Below, piece after piece: positions 47,874 through 56,708 of a DNA stretch of 64,000 nt. This DNA comes from Candidatus Latescibacterota bacterium. Lineage in GTDB: Bacteria > Latescibacterota > UBA2968 > UBA8231. The position numbers were made by a program, and so were the translations under genes. The stretch covers positions 4,480,001 to 4,544,000 of the forward strand of contig OZ252098.1 of the NCBI GenBank assembly GCA_965248355.1, read 5' to 3'. Under the pieces are notes generated by a model. It saw only the letters and a program-made list of their open reading frames with translations, was not told the DNA's origin and made no database searches. Positions within the stretch are counted from its first letter, which is position 1, and every line of letters begins with the position of its first letter.

Positions 47874-49484
47874 TCAGGTCGCCAGCGGAGGTCCGCCGGG
47901 GATGGAGATGGGCCGCCGCGCCCGCTGTCCCGCCCGGACCGCGGTGAACCGGGCGGTGAGGTACTCCCCGAGGTGGATGGACCCGGCGATCCGCTCCCCC
48001 TCGGCCCGTCCCGAGAACAGGAACGGCACGTTGTCCCCCGGTCTGCTCACGGCGCTGCTCAGCCGCACCTCGTCTCCCTCGACGACGCCGGACAGGTCCT
48101 GGACGGAGAACTCGCTCTGGTGGGAGCCCTCGATCCAGTTGCCGTCCTGGGCGATCGACAGCCGGTGGCGGCTGGTGCCGGTGAGGTAGTCGACGGTGAG
48201 GTCCCAGCGGCCGCTGATGTCCACGGTGGCCGGCGCCAGTCCGTCCGAGCGCGGACCCCGGGGCTCGGTGAGGATGCGACGGATGCGGTCGATCACCACC
48301 TCCTCGTCCCCCGGCTGCATCTGGCTGGGGTTGATGCGGATGCCGGCCTGATCCCCGGAATCGGAGACCCCCACGGCGATGCGGGGCTTGTTGCGCGCGA
48401 AGTCCTCGGCCACCTCCTCGCCGGTGATGCGCAGGGCGCCGGGGTCCCAGTGGATGGTCAGGGCCGGCGCGCGGTTCGACAGCCCCGAGGGATCCTGGAC
48501 CCGGCTGGCCACCGTGTCGATGCCCGCCACCTGCGCCGAGATCCTCTCCAGGATCCCGAGCCACTCCTGCCACTCGGCGACGTGGTCGCGCCGCACCCAG
48601 GCCTCCACGGCGGCCAGCATCCCCAGGATCTCCTCCTTGCCGATCTTCTCCGAGCGCCCGGGGCCGTGATGGGGGGCGCTGGCCTGCCAGGCCGCCATGA
48701 GCAGGTCCTTGCTGCCGAGGACGAGCCCGGCGCACTGGGGACCGCACAGGGCCTTGCCGCCGCTGTAGGCCGCCACCGTGGCGCCGCGCTCCAGGTGCGA
48801 GCAGGGGATGGTCAGGTTCTCGGCGGCGGCGTCGGCCAGGATGGGGATGCCCCTCGGCTCGGCGATGCGGGCCATGACCTCCAGGGAGAGGGGCTGCCCG
48901 GGATCGGTGGCGCGGCCGGTGACCAGGTAGATCATGGCCGTGGAGGGATTCACGGCGCGCTCCATCTCCTCGGCCGTGTCCACCACCACCAGCTCGACGC
49001 CGACCACCCGCAGGGCGTGGTCGTAGGCGGTGCGCGAGGTCCGGGGCACGATCACCTGGGTCTTGTCGAAGCCCTCCAGGTTGGGCACCCGGATCAGCCG
49101 CTCGGGACTGCCGCCGGTGACGCAGGCCGTGGTCACGTGCTTGAGGCCGGCGGCGCAGCCGGAGGAGATCAGCCCCCACTCGGCGCCGGTGACCGTGGCC
49201 AGGCGCCGGCCCACCGCCTCGGCCAGCTCGTCGTACTGCACGAAGAAGCCGTGGGCGGCGTCCATGGCGGCCACCACCTCCGCCAGCTCCACGGAGCCGC
49301 CGATGATGGTGAAGGTGCCGCGGCAGTTGATGACCGGCTCCACGCCGATGGCCTCGTAGATGTTGGCGCCGCCGGCGCCTCCGTCGAGGAACGGCAGGAT
49401 CGCCAGCCGTTCGTCAGCGTCGCCCAAGGTGAGCTCCTTTCGGGGGATCGGTTGGCAGGGGCGGGATGTGGGGTCGCGGATCAT
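47874..49484 (-). CDS. SelA/DgaE-like PLP-dependent enzyme with C-terminal extension
   Basis: IYE.IGV.PVINCRGTFTIIGGS, SGCAAG, DAAAE, YSGGKAL.GPQ.AG; start uncertain. Confidence 0.82.
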   Translation of the reverse strand: MIRDPTSRPCQPIPRKELTLGDADERLAILPFLDGGAGGANIYEAIGVEPVINCRGTFTIIGGSVELAEVVAAMDAAHGFFVQYDELAEAVGRRLATVTGAEWGLISSGCAAGLKHVTTACVTGGSPERLIRVPNLEGFDKTQVIVPRTSRTAYDHALRVVGVELVVVDTAEEMERAVNPSTAMIYLVTGRATDPGQPLSLEVMARIAEPRGIPILADAAAENLTIPCSHLERGATVAAYSGGKALCGPQCAGLVLGSKDLLMAAWQASAPHHGPGRSEKIGKEEILGMLAAVEAWVRRDHVAEWQEWLGILERISAQVAGIDTVASRVQDPSGLSNRAPALTIHWDPGALRITGEEVAEDFARNKPRIAVGVSDSGDQAGIRINPSQMQPGDEEVVIDRIRRILTEPRGPRSDGLAPATVDISGRWDLTVDYLTGTSRHRLSIAQDGNWIEGSHQSEFSVQDLSGVVEGDEVRLSSAVSRPGDNVPFLFSGRAEGERIAGSIHLGEYLTARFTAVRAGQRARRPISIPGGPPLAT

Positions 49485-49487
49485 CGA

Positions 49488-50461
49488 CTAGTAGTGCAGT
49501 GTGGCGATCATGGACAACGCCCCGGGCCCTGGCATCAGCCCGATGGAGAGACGGCGGAGCTCCGGGGGGCTTCGAGAGAGTTCGGATGTGATCGTGGCGC
49601 CGATGGCTGGACAGACGAACAGGGGCGAAACACCAGACAATCCGGAGCCGGAGAAATCAGACGCCCAGACACCCACGCCATGGTGAAGCGATCGTAAGGA
49701 TCGAGATGGCTCACGCCATAGGCGGTTCCGACTATAGATCCGGGTAACCAGCCTAAAGCCAAGGCGATAGGAGCACCGAAGCCCCCCCCTCCTTGATCGA
49801 GGGTACTCAGCAGGATCCCCCCTGCTGTAAGACCCGAGAGGATGCCCAGGCCCGCACCGGCACCCAGCTTACTGGCAATCCGTACGCCGGTTATCCGGGT
49901 GTCGATCTCCCCCGGAGCCTTGGCGTCTGGTACCCGAGCGATGGGCAGGCGGGAGACTTGAGAGGGATCGCGCCACAGTTCCGACGCGATCGTCGCACCG
50001 ATAGCAGGCAGAAGAAGAGGCCATCGATCATGCCATTCGCGCGATAGTGGGTCGGGTACAGCCATGAAGCCTGCCAGTGCTCCCACCGAACTGCCAGCCA
50101 GTGCCAGGAGTGAACTCCGGCGGTTGCTGCTCCAACTCGGTGGATCGACCAGCATCACGCCAACCATGGCTCCTGCCGCGGGTCCGACCTTGTAGCCAAG
50201 CTCAAAATCCTTGTGCCTGCCTGCTATGCTGAAGACGGAGCCCGAAAGAAGACCGACACCCAACTTTCTGGCCACTCTCGTTGAACGTCTGGTCTGCGTC
50301 TTTTCGAACTCCCCTGCCAGGCGACCTGCCGGCTTCAGGGCAGGAGAGGCCACGGTCACGGACTTCCCTTCGGCGTGTGTACTGTCGGCCCTTGCGAATG
50401 CCGCCGAAGCAAGCCCCATCAGAAGGACGGAACCAAGCGTCGTAATCTTCCTGTCCATCAT
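49488..50461 (-). pseudogene. Secreted/membrane protein with two internal repeats, frameshifted near 49676
   Basis: Signal peptide MMDRKITTLGSVLLMGLASAAFA; repeat 1 ends PAIGATIASEL..RLPI; repeat 2 ending PAIGATITSEL..RLSI lies in a different frame (49488..49676). Confidence 0.65.
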
Positions 50462-50755
50462 CGACGAGTCTCCTCTTTCCGCGGGCGAGTACAGATAGGC
50501 CAGTGATGGCAAGAAGGCAAAGCTCGTCCGGGGACGGTCTGGTTGCCATCTCCGCACATACCTGGTCTGCGGTGCCCCAGCCGATGACCGCAGGGAGACC
50601 CCTGGAATCGCAATCCTCGGCCTGCCGCCAGGGGTAACAGGAGCGAGACGGAGCCGGCTCGCGGGGGCTGCGTCGGGCGGTTACAGCAGGATCCGGGGGG
50701 TCTCCGGCATGGCTTGCGTCTGGCTGTTTCTGGCGGGACTGCCTATCCTACCAGC

Positions 50756-50980
50756 ATGGCAGATCCGACTACCTGGTTGCCGCCGGCCGTCGTCGTCGCC
50801 GTCGTTCTCTACGTCTGGCGGCGACTCGACGCCCGCATGGCCCGGCTGGAGACCCGGATTGGCGGCCTGCAGGCCGACCTGGGCGCCGTGTCGGAGCGGC
50901 TGGCCCGGCTGGAGGGAGCGGCCTTCGGCCCGTGGCCTGCCCGCCCGCCGGATCCTCCCGAGGCCTCGCCAGCGAGCTGA
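50756..50980 (+). CDS. Small membrane-anchored coiled-coil protein
   Basis: TM segment then heptads RLDARMARLETRIGGLQADLGAVSERLARLEG; TATCCT 6 nt before the ATG (leaderless-like). Confidence 0.6.
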   Translation: MADPTTWLPPAVVVAVVLYVWRRLDARMARLETRIGGLQADLGAVSERLARLEGAAFGPWPARPPDPPEASPAS

Positions 50981-51138
50981 CCCGCGTCGGCAACCCACCA
51001 ATCTGGTCTCGCGGCTTCTACCGCCGGTTTTCCTCCCTGGCGGGAATAGACCCCCGGAACTCGTCGACATCATCCCAGCCGTAGCACCCTGACGTCATCC
51101 CCCGGGCGCGCCCCGTCCGGCGAGCGAGGAGGCGCCCC

Positions 51139-52182
51139 ATGTTCAACGCCCGATCCACCCTCCACGGACCGACCCGCACCGGCCGCGGCCGCCGGGCCTG
51201 CGGCGCCGCCGGGACCCGCGCCTACCCCCTCGGCGGCGGCGCCGGGTACCGGGAGGTCGTGCGCCCCACCGGCTCGCCCGTCCTCAACCTCGACGAGCTG
51301 CTCGAGGCCCTGGCCTCGGCCCGCTCCGGAGAGACCGTGTACGTCGCCGGCGACGCCGTCATCGAGTGCACGGAGCGGGTCTACGTGGAGGAGCTGGTCC
51401 TCGAGCTGCCCGGCGGCGTGACCCTGGCCAGCGACCGCGGGCTCAAGGGCGCGCCCGGAGGCCTGATCCGCTCCGACACCTTCGCCACCAGCCCCCTGAT
51501 CCGGGTCACCGGCGCGGACGCGCGCGTCACCGGCCTCCGTCTCCAGGGGCCGAACCCGCGCCAGTGCCTGGAGCACCACTCCCGCGCCTTCCGCGAAGGC
51601 CACGGCGGACACGGCTACTACTACAAGTTCCCCACCTCCGACGGCATCGTGGCGCGGGACCCCCGGCTGCGCGTCGACAACTGCGAGCTGGCCGGCTGGA
51701 GCCACGGCGCCGTCTATCTCGCCGGCGGCGACGGCCACCGCGTGCAGCACTGCTTCATCCACCACAACCAGTACCAGGGGCTCGGGTACGGTGTCAGCCA
51801 CGACCGGGCCGAGTCCCTCATCGAGGGCAACCTCTTCGACGCCAACCGCCACTCCATCGCCGGCTCCGGGCGCGGCGGCTCGGGGTACGAGGCCCGCAAC
51901 AACGTCGAGATGGGGCGCAGCCTCAGCCACTGCTTCGACATGCACGGTGGCCGCGACCGCAAGGACGGCACGGACGTGGCGGGCGGCTGGATGCACGTCC
52001 ACCACAACACCTTCCGCGTCCCCGGCCGGCGCGCCGTCGTCATCCGCGGCAGCCCCGAGGAGCAGGCCGTGATCGAGCGCAACTGGTTCCACCACCGGAG
52101 CGAGGCCGGCGCCATCGTCTGCGAGGAGCGGGTCGTCGTGCGCGACAACGCCTGGGGGCGCCGGGACCCGGTGTACCGATGA
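51139..52182 (+). CDS. Right-handed parallel beta-helix protein, copy 2 (close paralogue of 42339-43379)
   Basis: Near-identical translation to copy 1 over the full length; GAGGAGG RBS. Confidence 0.78.
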   Translation: MFNARSTLHGPTRTGRGRRACGAAGTRAYPLGGGAGYREVVRPTGSPVLNLDELLEALASARSGETVYVAGDAVIECTERVYVEELVLELPGGVTLASDRGLKGAPGGLIRSDTFATSPLIRVTGADARVTGLRLQGPNPRQCLEHHSRAFREGHGGHGYYYKFPTSDGIVARDPRLRVDNCELAGWSHGAVYLAGGDGHRVQHCFIHHNQYQGLGYGVSHDRAESLIEGNLFDANRHSIAGSGRGGSGYEARNNVEMGRSLSHCFDMHGGRDRKDGTDVAGGWMHVHHNTFRVPGRRAVVIRGSPEEQAVIERNWFHHRSEAGAIVCEERVVVRDNAWGRRDPVYR

Positions 52183-53579
52183 GTGGAAGCGCAGCTTTGA
52201 AGCTGCTCGTCGCCACCGGACTCCAGCTGGCAACACCAGCCTCCGGCGACGACCGGGTCGCCGGCCACTGGGAGGGGCGGATCGAGACCCTCGGCCAGCC
52301 CCTGGTGGTGAGGGTCGATCTCGACATCGGCGGCGGGATCTGGAGCGGGTCGATCGACATCCCCGTCCAGGGGGCCAGGGGCCTGCCCCTGGAGGGCATC
52401 GAGATCAGCGAAGACGGCGCCCGCGTCAGCTTCCGGATCCGCGGCGTGCCGGGAGACCCGACCTTCAGCGGCTCCTTCGACGGCGACGCCATCGAGGGGC
52501 GGTTCACCCAGGGCGCCGCCGACTTCGGCTTCCGTCTCTCGCGGGAGGCGGCCGCCTCCCCGGCCAGGCCGCAGGAGCCGAAGCCGCCCTTCCCCTACGA
52601 GATCGAGGAGGTGAGCTTCCGGAGCGGCCCCGTCACCTTCGCCGGCACCCTGACCGTGCCGCCGGGCGAGGGCCCCTTCCCCGCCGTGCTGCTCATCTCC
52701 GGCAGCGGCCTGCAGGACCGCGACCAGACGGTCTTCGGCCACCGGCCGTTCCTGGTCTGGGCCGACCACCTGACCCGCGCCGGCCTGGTGGTGCTGCGGG
52801 TCGACGACGCCGGCGCCGGCGGATCGACACCCCATCCGGAGCCGCCCACCACGGCGGACTTCGCCGGTGACGCCGCCGCGGCCGTAGCCTTCCTCGAGGG
52901 GGACGCCCGCCTCGAGCCCATCGGCCTGCTGGGCCACAGCGAGGGCGGCGCCATCGCCGCCATCGTCGCCTCGCAAGGAGACGACATCGCCTTCGTCGTG
53001 CTGCTGGCCGGTCCCGGGGTGCCGGGCGCGGCTCTGCTGCGCCGGCAGAACGAGCGCATCTTCGAGGCCGCCGGGATCGCCGGTGACCGCCGCCAGGCCT
53101 CCCTCGCCCTCCTGGACAGCCTGTTCGCCACCTTGACCTCGGACCGGGAAGAAGGGGATCTGCGCCGTGAGGTGGAGGAGATCGTCCGCCGGCAACTCGA
53201 GGTCGGCGGCCTCTCCGCCGAGCGCCAGGACCAGGGCCAGGTGCAGAGGGCCGTGGACCAGGCCGTCGATCCGTGGATGCGCTGGTTCCTCGTCTTCGAT
53301 CCGCGCCCGGCCCTGAGAGCCGTGCGGGCGCCGGTGCTGGCCCTCAACGGCGAGCTGGACCTGCACGTCGACGCCGGGCAGAACCTGACCTCCATCGCCG
53401 CCGCCCTCGAGGCCGGCGGCAACCGCAACGTGACGCTGCTCAGCCTGCCCGGGCACAACCACCTGTTCCACCGCGCCGCCACGGGAATGACCCACGAGTA
53501 CGCCGCCATCGAGGAGACGGTCTCGCCCGAGGTCCTCGATCAGGTGCGCGACTGGATCCTCACAGTGACTGGAGAATGA
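52179..53579 (+). CDS. Alpha/beta hydrolase (exported, S9/S15-like)
   Basis: RPQEPKPPFPY, SGSG.QDRD, GHSEGG nucleophile elbow, GELD, NHLF. Confidence 0.88.
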   Translation: MSGSAALKLLVATGLQLATPASGDDRVAGHWEGRIETLGQPLVVRVDLDIGGGIWSGSIDIPVQGARGLPLEGIEISEDGARVSFRIRGVPGDPTFSGSFDGDAIEGRFTQGAADFGFRLSREAAASPARPQEPKPPFPYEIEEVSFRSGPVTFAGTLTVPPGEGPFPAVLLISGSGLQDRDQTVFGHRPFLVWADHLTRAGLVVLRVDDAGAGGSTPHPEPPTTADFAGDAAAAVAFLEGDARLEPIGLLGHSEGGAIAAIVASQGDDIAFVVLLAGPGVPGAALLRRQNERIFEAAGIAGDRRQASLALLDSLFATLTSDREEGDLRREVEEIVRRQLEVGGLSAERQDQGQVQRAVDQAVDPWMRWFLVFDPRPALRAVRAPVLALNGELDLHVDAGQNLTSIAAALEAGGNRNVTLLSLPGHNHLFHRAATGMTHEYAAIEETVSPEVLDQVRDWILTVTGE

Positions 53580-54469
53580 CCATGGAAACGCGCACCCTCG
53601 GAACAACCGATCTCACCGTCACCCGCCTCGGCTTCGGCGGCGCCCGCATCGGCTACGAGGACGTGACCCCGGACCAGGCCGACCGCCTGCTCAACGGTCT
53701 CCTCGACGTGGGCGTGACCTTCGTCGACACGGCCGCCTGCTACCATGACAGCGAGGAGCAGATCGGCCAGTGGATCGGCGCCCGGCGGGAGGAGTACGTC
53801 CTCGCCTCCAAGTGCGGGCACGTGACCGGCGGCGCCACCGGGGAGGCGTGGTCGGCGGAGACCATCGCCCACAGCATCGACCGCTCCCTCGAGCGCCTGC
53901 GGACCGACCGCATCGACCTGATACAGCTCCACAGCTGCTCGGCCGAGGAGCTGGACCGCGGCGAGGCGGTGGAGGCCGTGCTGCGGGCGAAGGAGGCGGG
54001 CAAGGTGCGCTACGTGGGCTACAGCGGCGACGGGGAGGCGGCCGTACGGGCTATTGCGATGGGCGTCTTCAGCACCCTCCAGACCTCGTACAACGTCGTC
54101 GACCAGGAGGCCCGCAGGGAGGTCCTGCCGGCGGCGCGGGAGGCCGGCATGGGGGTCATCGCCAAGCGCCCCCTGGCCAACGCCGCCTTCAAGACCGAGG
54201 CGTCGCGTTACAGTTACGCCGACGTCTACTGGGAGCGGGCCAAGAGCATGGAGGTCCCCGAAGGCGCCCCCGCCGACGGCGTCGAGCTCGCGCTGCGGTT
54301 CTGTCTCTCCCACGAGTCGATCGACACCGCCATCGCCGGCACGTCCCGCATCCAGAACGCCGAGAAGAACATGGAGATCATCGCCAGGGGCGACCTGCCC
54401 GAGGAGGTGGTCACCTCCCTCTTCGAGCAGTTCGACCGGGCCGGCGGCGACTGGACACCGCAGATGTAG
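53576..54469 (+). CDS. Aldo/keto reductase
   Basis: LGFG, DTA..Y..SE..IG, ASKCG, SLERLRTDRIDL.QLH, GKVRYVG.S, GVIAKRPLAN. Confidence 0.92.
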   Translation: MTMETRTLGTTDLTVTRLGFGGARIGYEDVTPDQADRLLNGLLDVGVTFVDTAACYHDSEEQIGQWIGARREEYVLASKCGHVTGGATGEAWSAETIAHSIDRSLERLRTDRIDLIQLHSCSAEELDRGEAVEAVLRAKEAGKVRYVGYSGDGEAAVRAIAMGVFSTLQTSYNVVDQEARREVLPAAREAGMGVIAKRPLANAAFKTEASRYSYADVYWERAKSMEVPEGAPADGVELALRFCLSHESIDTAIAGTSRIQNAEKNMEIIARGDLPEEVVTSLFEQFDRAGGDWTPQM

Positions 54470-54482
54470 CGGCACCACGGGC

Positions 54483-55589
54483 ATGCCGTACAGAATGATC
54501 CAGGTCGGCACGGGCGGACGGGGCCGCTCCTGGTGCCAGGGCATCCTCCCTCCCAACATCGAGGACGGCCTGATCGAGGTGGTCGCCGCCGTGGACACCA
54601 ACCCCGAGGCGCTGGCGAACGCCCAGGGCTTTCTCGGCCTGCCTCCCGAAAAGTGTTACACCGACCTTCAGCGGGCCTTCGCCGAGAACGACGCCGACTT
54701 CTGCACCGTCGTCGTGCCGCCGGCCTTTCACGAGGAGATCGTCGACGCGGCCCTGGCCCACGACATGCACGTCCTCTCCGAGAAACCGATCGCGGACACC
54801 CTCGCGGCGTCTTGCCGCATCGCCGCGAAGGTGCGGCGGGCAGGGCGGAAGATGGGCGTCACCATGAGCCACAGATTCGCCCAGAGCAAGAGGACCCTCC
54901 GCGAAGCCCTCAGGTCGGGCGGCTGCGGTGCCATCGACTACCTGGTCATGCGCTTCACCTGCGACACGCGCGAGCACGGCGACTGGGGAGCCTTCCGCTA
55001 CGAGATGAAGGATCCCCTCCTGATCGAAGGCGCGGTCCATCACCTCGACATCCTCGCCGACATGGGCGGGGCCGACTGCCGCACGCTCTACGCCCAGACG
55101 TGGAATCCGCCGTGGGGCGCATACCAGGGAGACTCGCAGGCCCTGGTGACGATGCAGCTCGAGAACGGCGTGCGCGCCTTCTACGAGGGAGCGAAGACGA
55201 ACGCCGTGGGCCTCAACGGCTGGGGCCGGGAGTACCTGCGCGCCGAGTGCGAGTTGGCCACCCTGATCATGGATCACGGTGAGATCGAGCGCTTCGACCA
55301 CGACGGCGAGGCCCGCTCGGCCGGCGCCCGCTCGGCCGGCGCCCGCCACGGTGAGGGAGAGGCCGTTCCCCTCTTGGAGCAGCGCAAGTGGACCGACGCC
55401 TGGCTGGTGGAGAAGTTCGTCCACTGGCTCGACGGGGGAGAGCCGATGGAGACCCACGTGGAGGCCAACCTGCAATCGGTGGCCATGGTCTTCGCCGCCA
55501 TCGAGAGCTGCCGGACGGGAGGTCCCGTCGAGGTGCAGGAGTTCCTCGGCGCGGCGCGGGTCCGGGCGGCGGAGGAACTGGATGGCTGA
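54483..55589 (+). CDS. Gfo/Idh/MocA family oxidoreductase
   Basis: QVGTGGRG, HVLSEKP, EGAVHHLD. Confidence 0.88.
   Translation: MPYRMIQVGTGGRGRSWCQGILPPNIEDGLIEVVAAVDTNPEALANAQGFLGLPPEKCYTDLQRAFAENDADFCTVVVPPAFHEEIVDAALAHDMHVLSEKPIADTLAASCRIAAKVRRAGRKMGVTMSHRFAQSKRTLREALRSGGCGAIDYLVMRFTCDTREHGDWGAFRYEMKDPLLIEGAVHHLDILADMGGADCRTLYAQTWNPPWGAYQGDSQALVTMQLENGVRAFYEGAKTNAVGLNGWGREYLRAECELATLIMDHGEIERFDHDGEARSAGARSAGARHGEGEAVPLLEQRKWTDAWLVEKFVHWLDGGEPMETHVEANLQSVAMVFAAIESCRTGGPVEVQEFLGAARVRAAEELDG
55309..55346 (+). repeat. In-frame 15-bp tandem duplication (ARSAG-ARSAG-AR)
   Basis: GCCCGCTCGGCCGGC twice plus a partial third copy. Confidence 0.8.
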
Positions 55590-56406
55590 ATCGAAGCTGG
55601 GTCCGACCGACGCGCAGGCCGGGACACCGGGAGGGCGGCCTCAGTACCGGGACTCGACCAACCTCAGGGCGCGCGCCGGCCTCCACGCCAGGTTCAGCAC
55701 CAATGAGGTCGACTGGGTACGGTGGGTCTTCGAGCGCCTCGATCTCAAAGCAGATAGCCGCGTTCTGGAACTGGGCTGCGGGATTGGGCAGCTCTGGCGC
55801 CGCAACCTGCAGGACCTCCCGCGGGGCTGCGAGGTGGTGCTGTCAGACCTGTCTCCGGGGATGGCTTCCGAGGCGCGTGACAGACTGGCGGCGGACCGGC
55901 GCTTCACGGCGTGCGTGTGCGACGCGCAGGTACTGCCGTTCCCGCAGGAGTCCTTCGACCAGGTGGTAGCGAACCACATGCTCTACCACGTTCCCGACCG
56001 GAAGCGCGCCCTCCGAGAGATGTGGAGGGTACTGAAGACGGGAGGCAGGTTGATGGCCGCCACCAACGGCCGGTCCCACATGCGGGAGCTGTTCCGGATG
56101 CTCGACCGGGTGACCCCCGGCGCGAAGAACAGGCCCTTCCCGGTGGAGAACAGCTTCAGCCTTCAGAACGGCGCCGGCCAGCTTCGGGAGTGGTTCGCCG
56201 ACGTCAGCATGATCCCGCGGGACGACTCCCTGGAGGTGACGGAGGCGGGGCCGGTCGTCGCCTACGCGCTGTCGACGGACCGCTACGACCTGTCGGGAGA
56301 CGGGGAGACTTGGTTGGCCGAGTTGGTGGAGGATGAGATCGCCAGGAACGGCCGGTTCCTTGTCGCCAAAGAGACGGGGTTGTTCGTGGCGCGGAAGCAG
56401 CGGTAG
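55582..56406 (+). CDS. Class I SAM-dependent methyltransferase
   Basis: VLELGCGIG.LW, LSDLSPGM, FD.VVANHMLYHV, RVLK.GG. Confidence 0.88.
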   Translation: MAESKLGPTDAQAGTPGGRPQYRDSTNLRARAGLHARFSTNEVDWVRWVFERLDLKADSRVLELGCGIGQLWRRNLQDLPRGCEVVLSDLSPGMASEARDRLAADRRFTACVCDAQVLPFPQESFDQVVANHMLYHVPDRKRALREMWRVLKTGGRLMAATNGRSHMRELFRMLDRVTPGAKNRPFPVENSFSLQNGAGQLREWFADVSMIPRDDSLEVTEAGPVVAYALSTDRYDLSGDGETWLAELVEDEIARNGRFLVAKETGLFVARKQR

Positions 56407-56708
56407 CGCAGCCGGGAGCCTTCAGGGAATCAGGTCTCACCGTGAGGCCGACCCGGATGGAGATCCCGCATGGGGCCGTCCTGGAGACTGTAGGTCATAC
56501 CGAAGCACGACTTCTCGGCGAGTCAGTCTTGCGCACTCGTTCACGGGGCCGACAGTCCCATCACCCACGTGTGGCTGGAGCGACCGTCAAGGGGGAACCC
56601 TCCCAATGGTCAGGGATCGAAGGGCCGTGCATCGAGTTGGCCAAGGTTCATGTGTCCCCTATACTGCTGTCTATCTCCACCTACATCCCGTCACCTAAGA
56701 GAATTGCC

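Noticed and set aside
47874..49484. True selenocysteine synthase selA
   Set aside because: Motifs fit the SelA-like/DgaE group and no selB, selC or selD is nearby
42339..52182. DGR or composite transposon formed by the two paralogues
   Set aside because: Substitutions involve all bases; no reverse transcriptase, transposase or terminal inverted repeats at the copies
55309..55346. Contingency (phase-variable) repeat
   Set aside because: Only about 2.5 in-frame copies of a 15-mer in a probable loop; no frame effect
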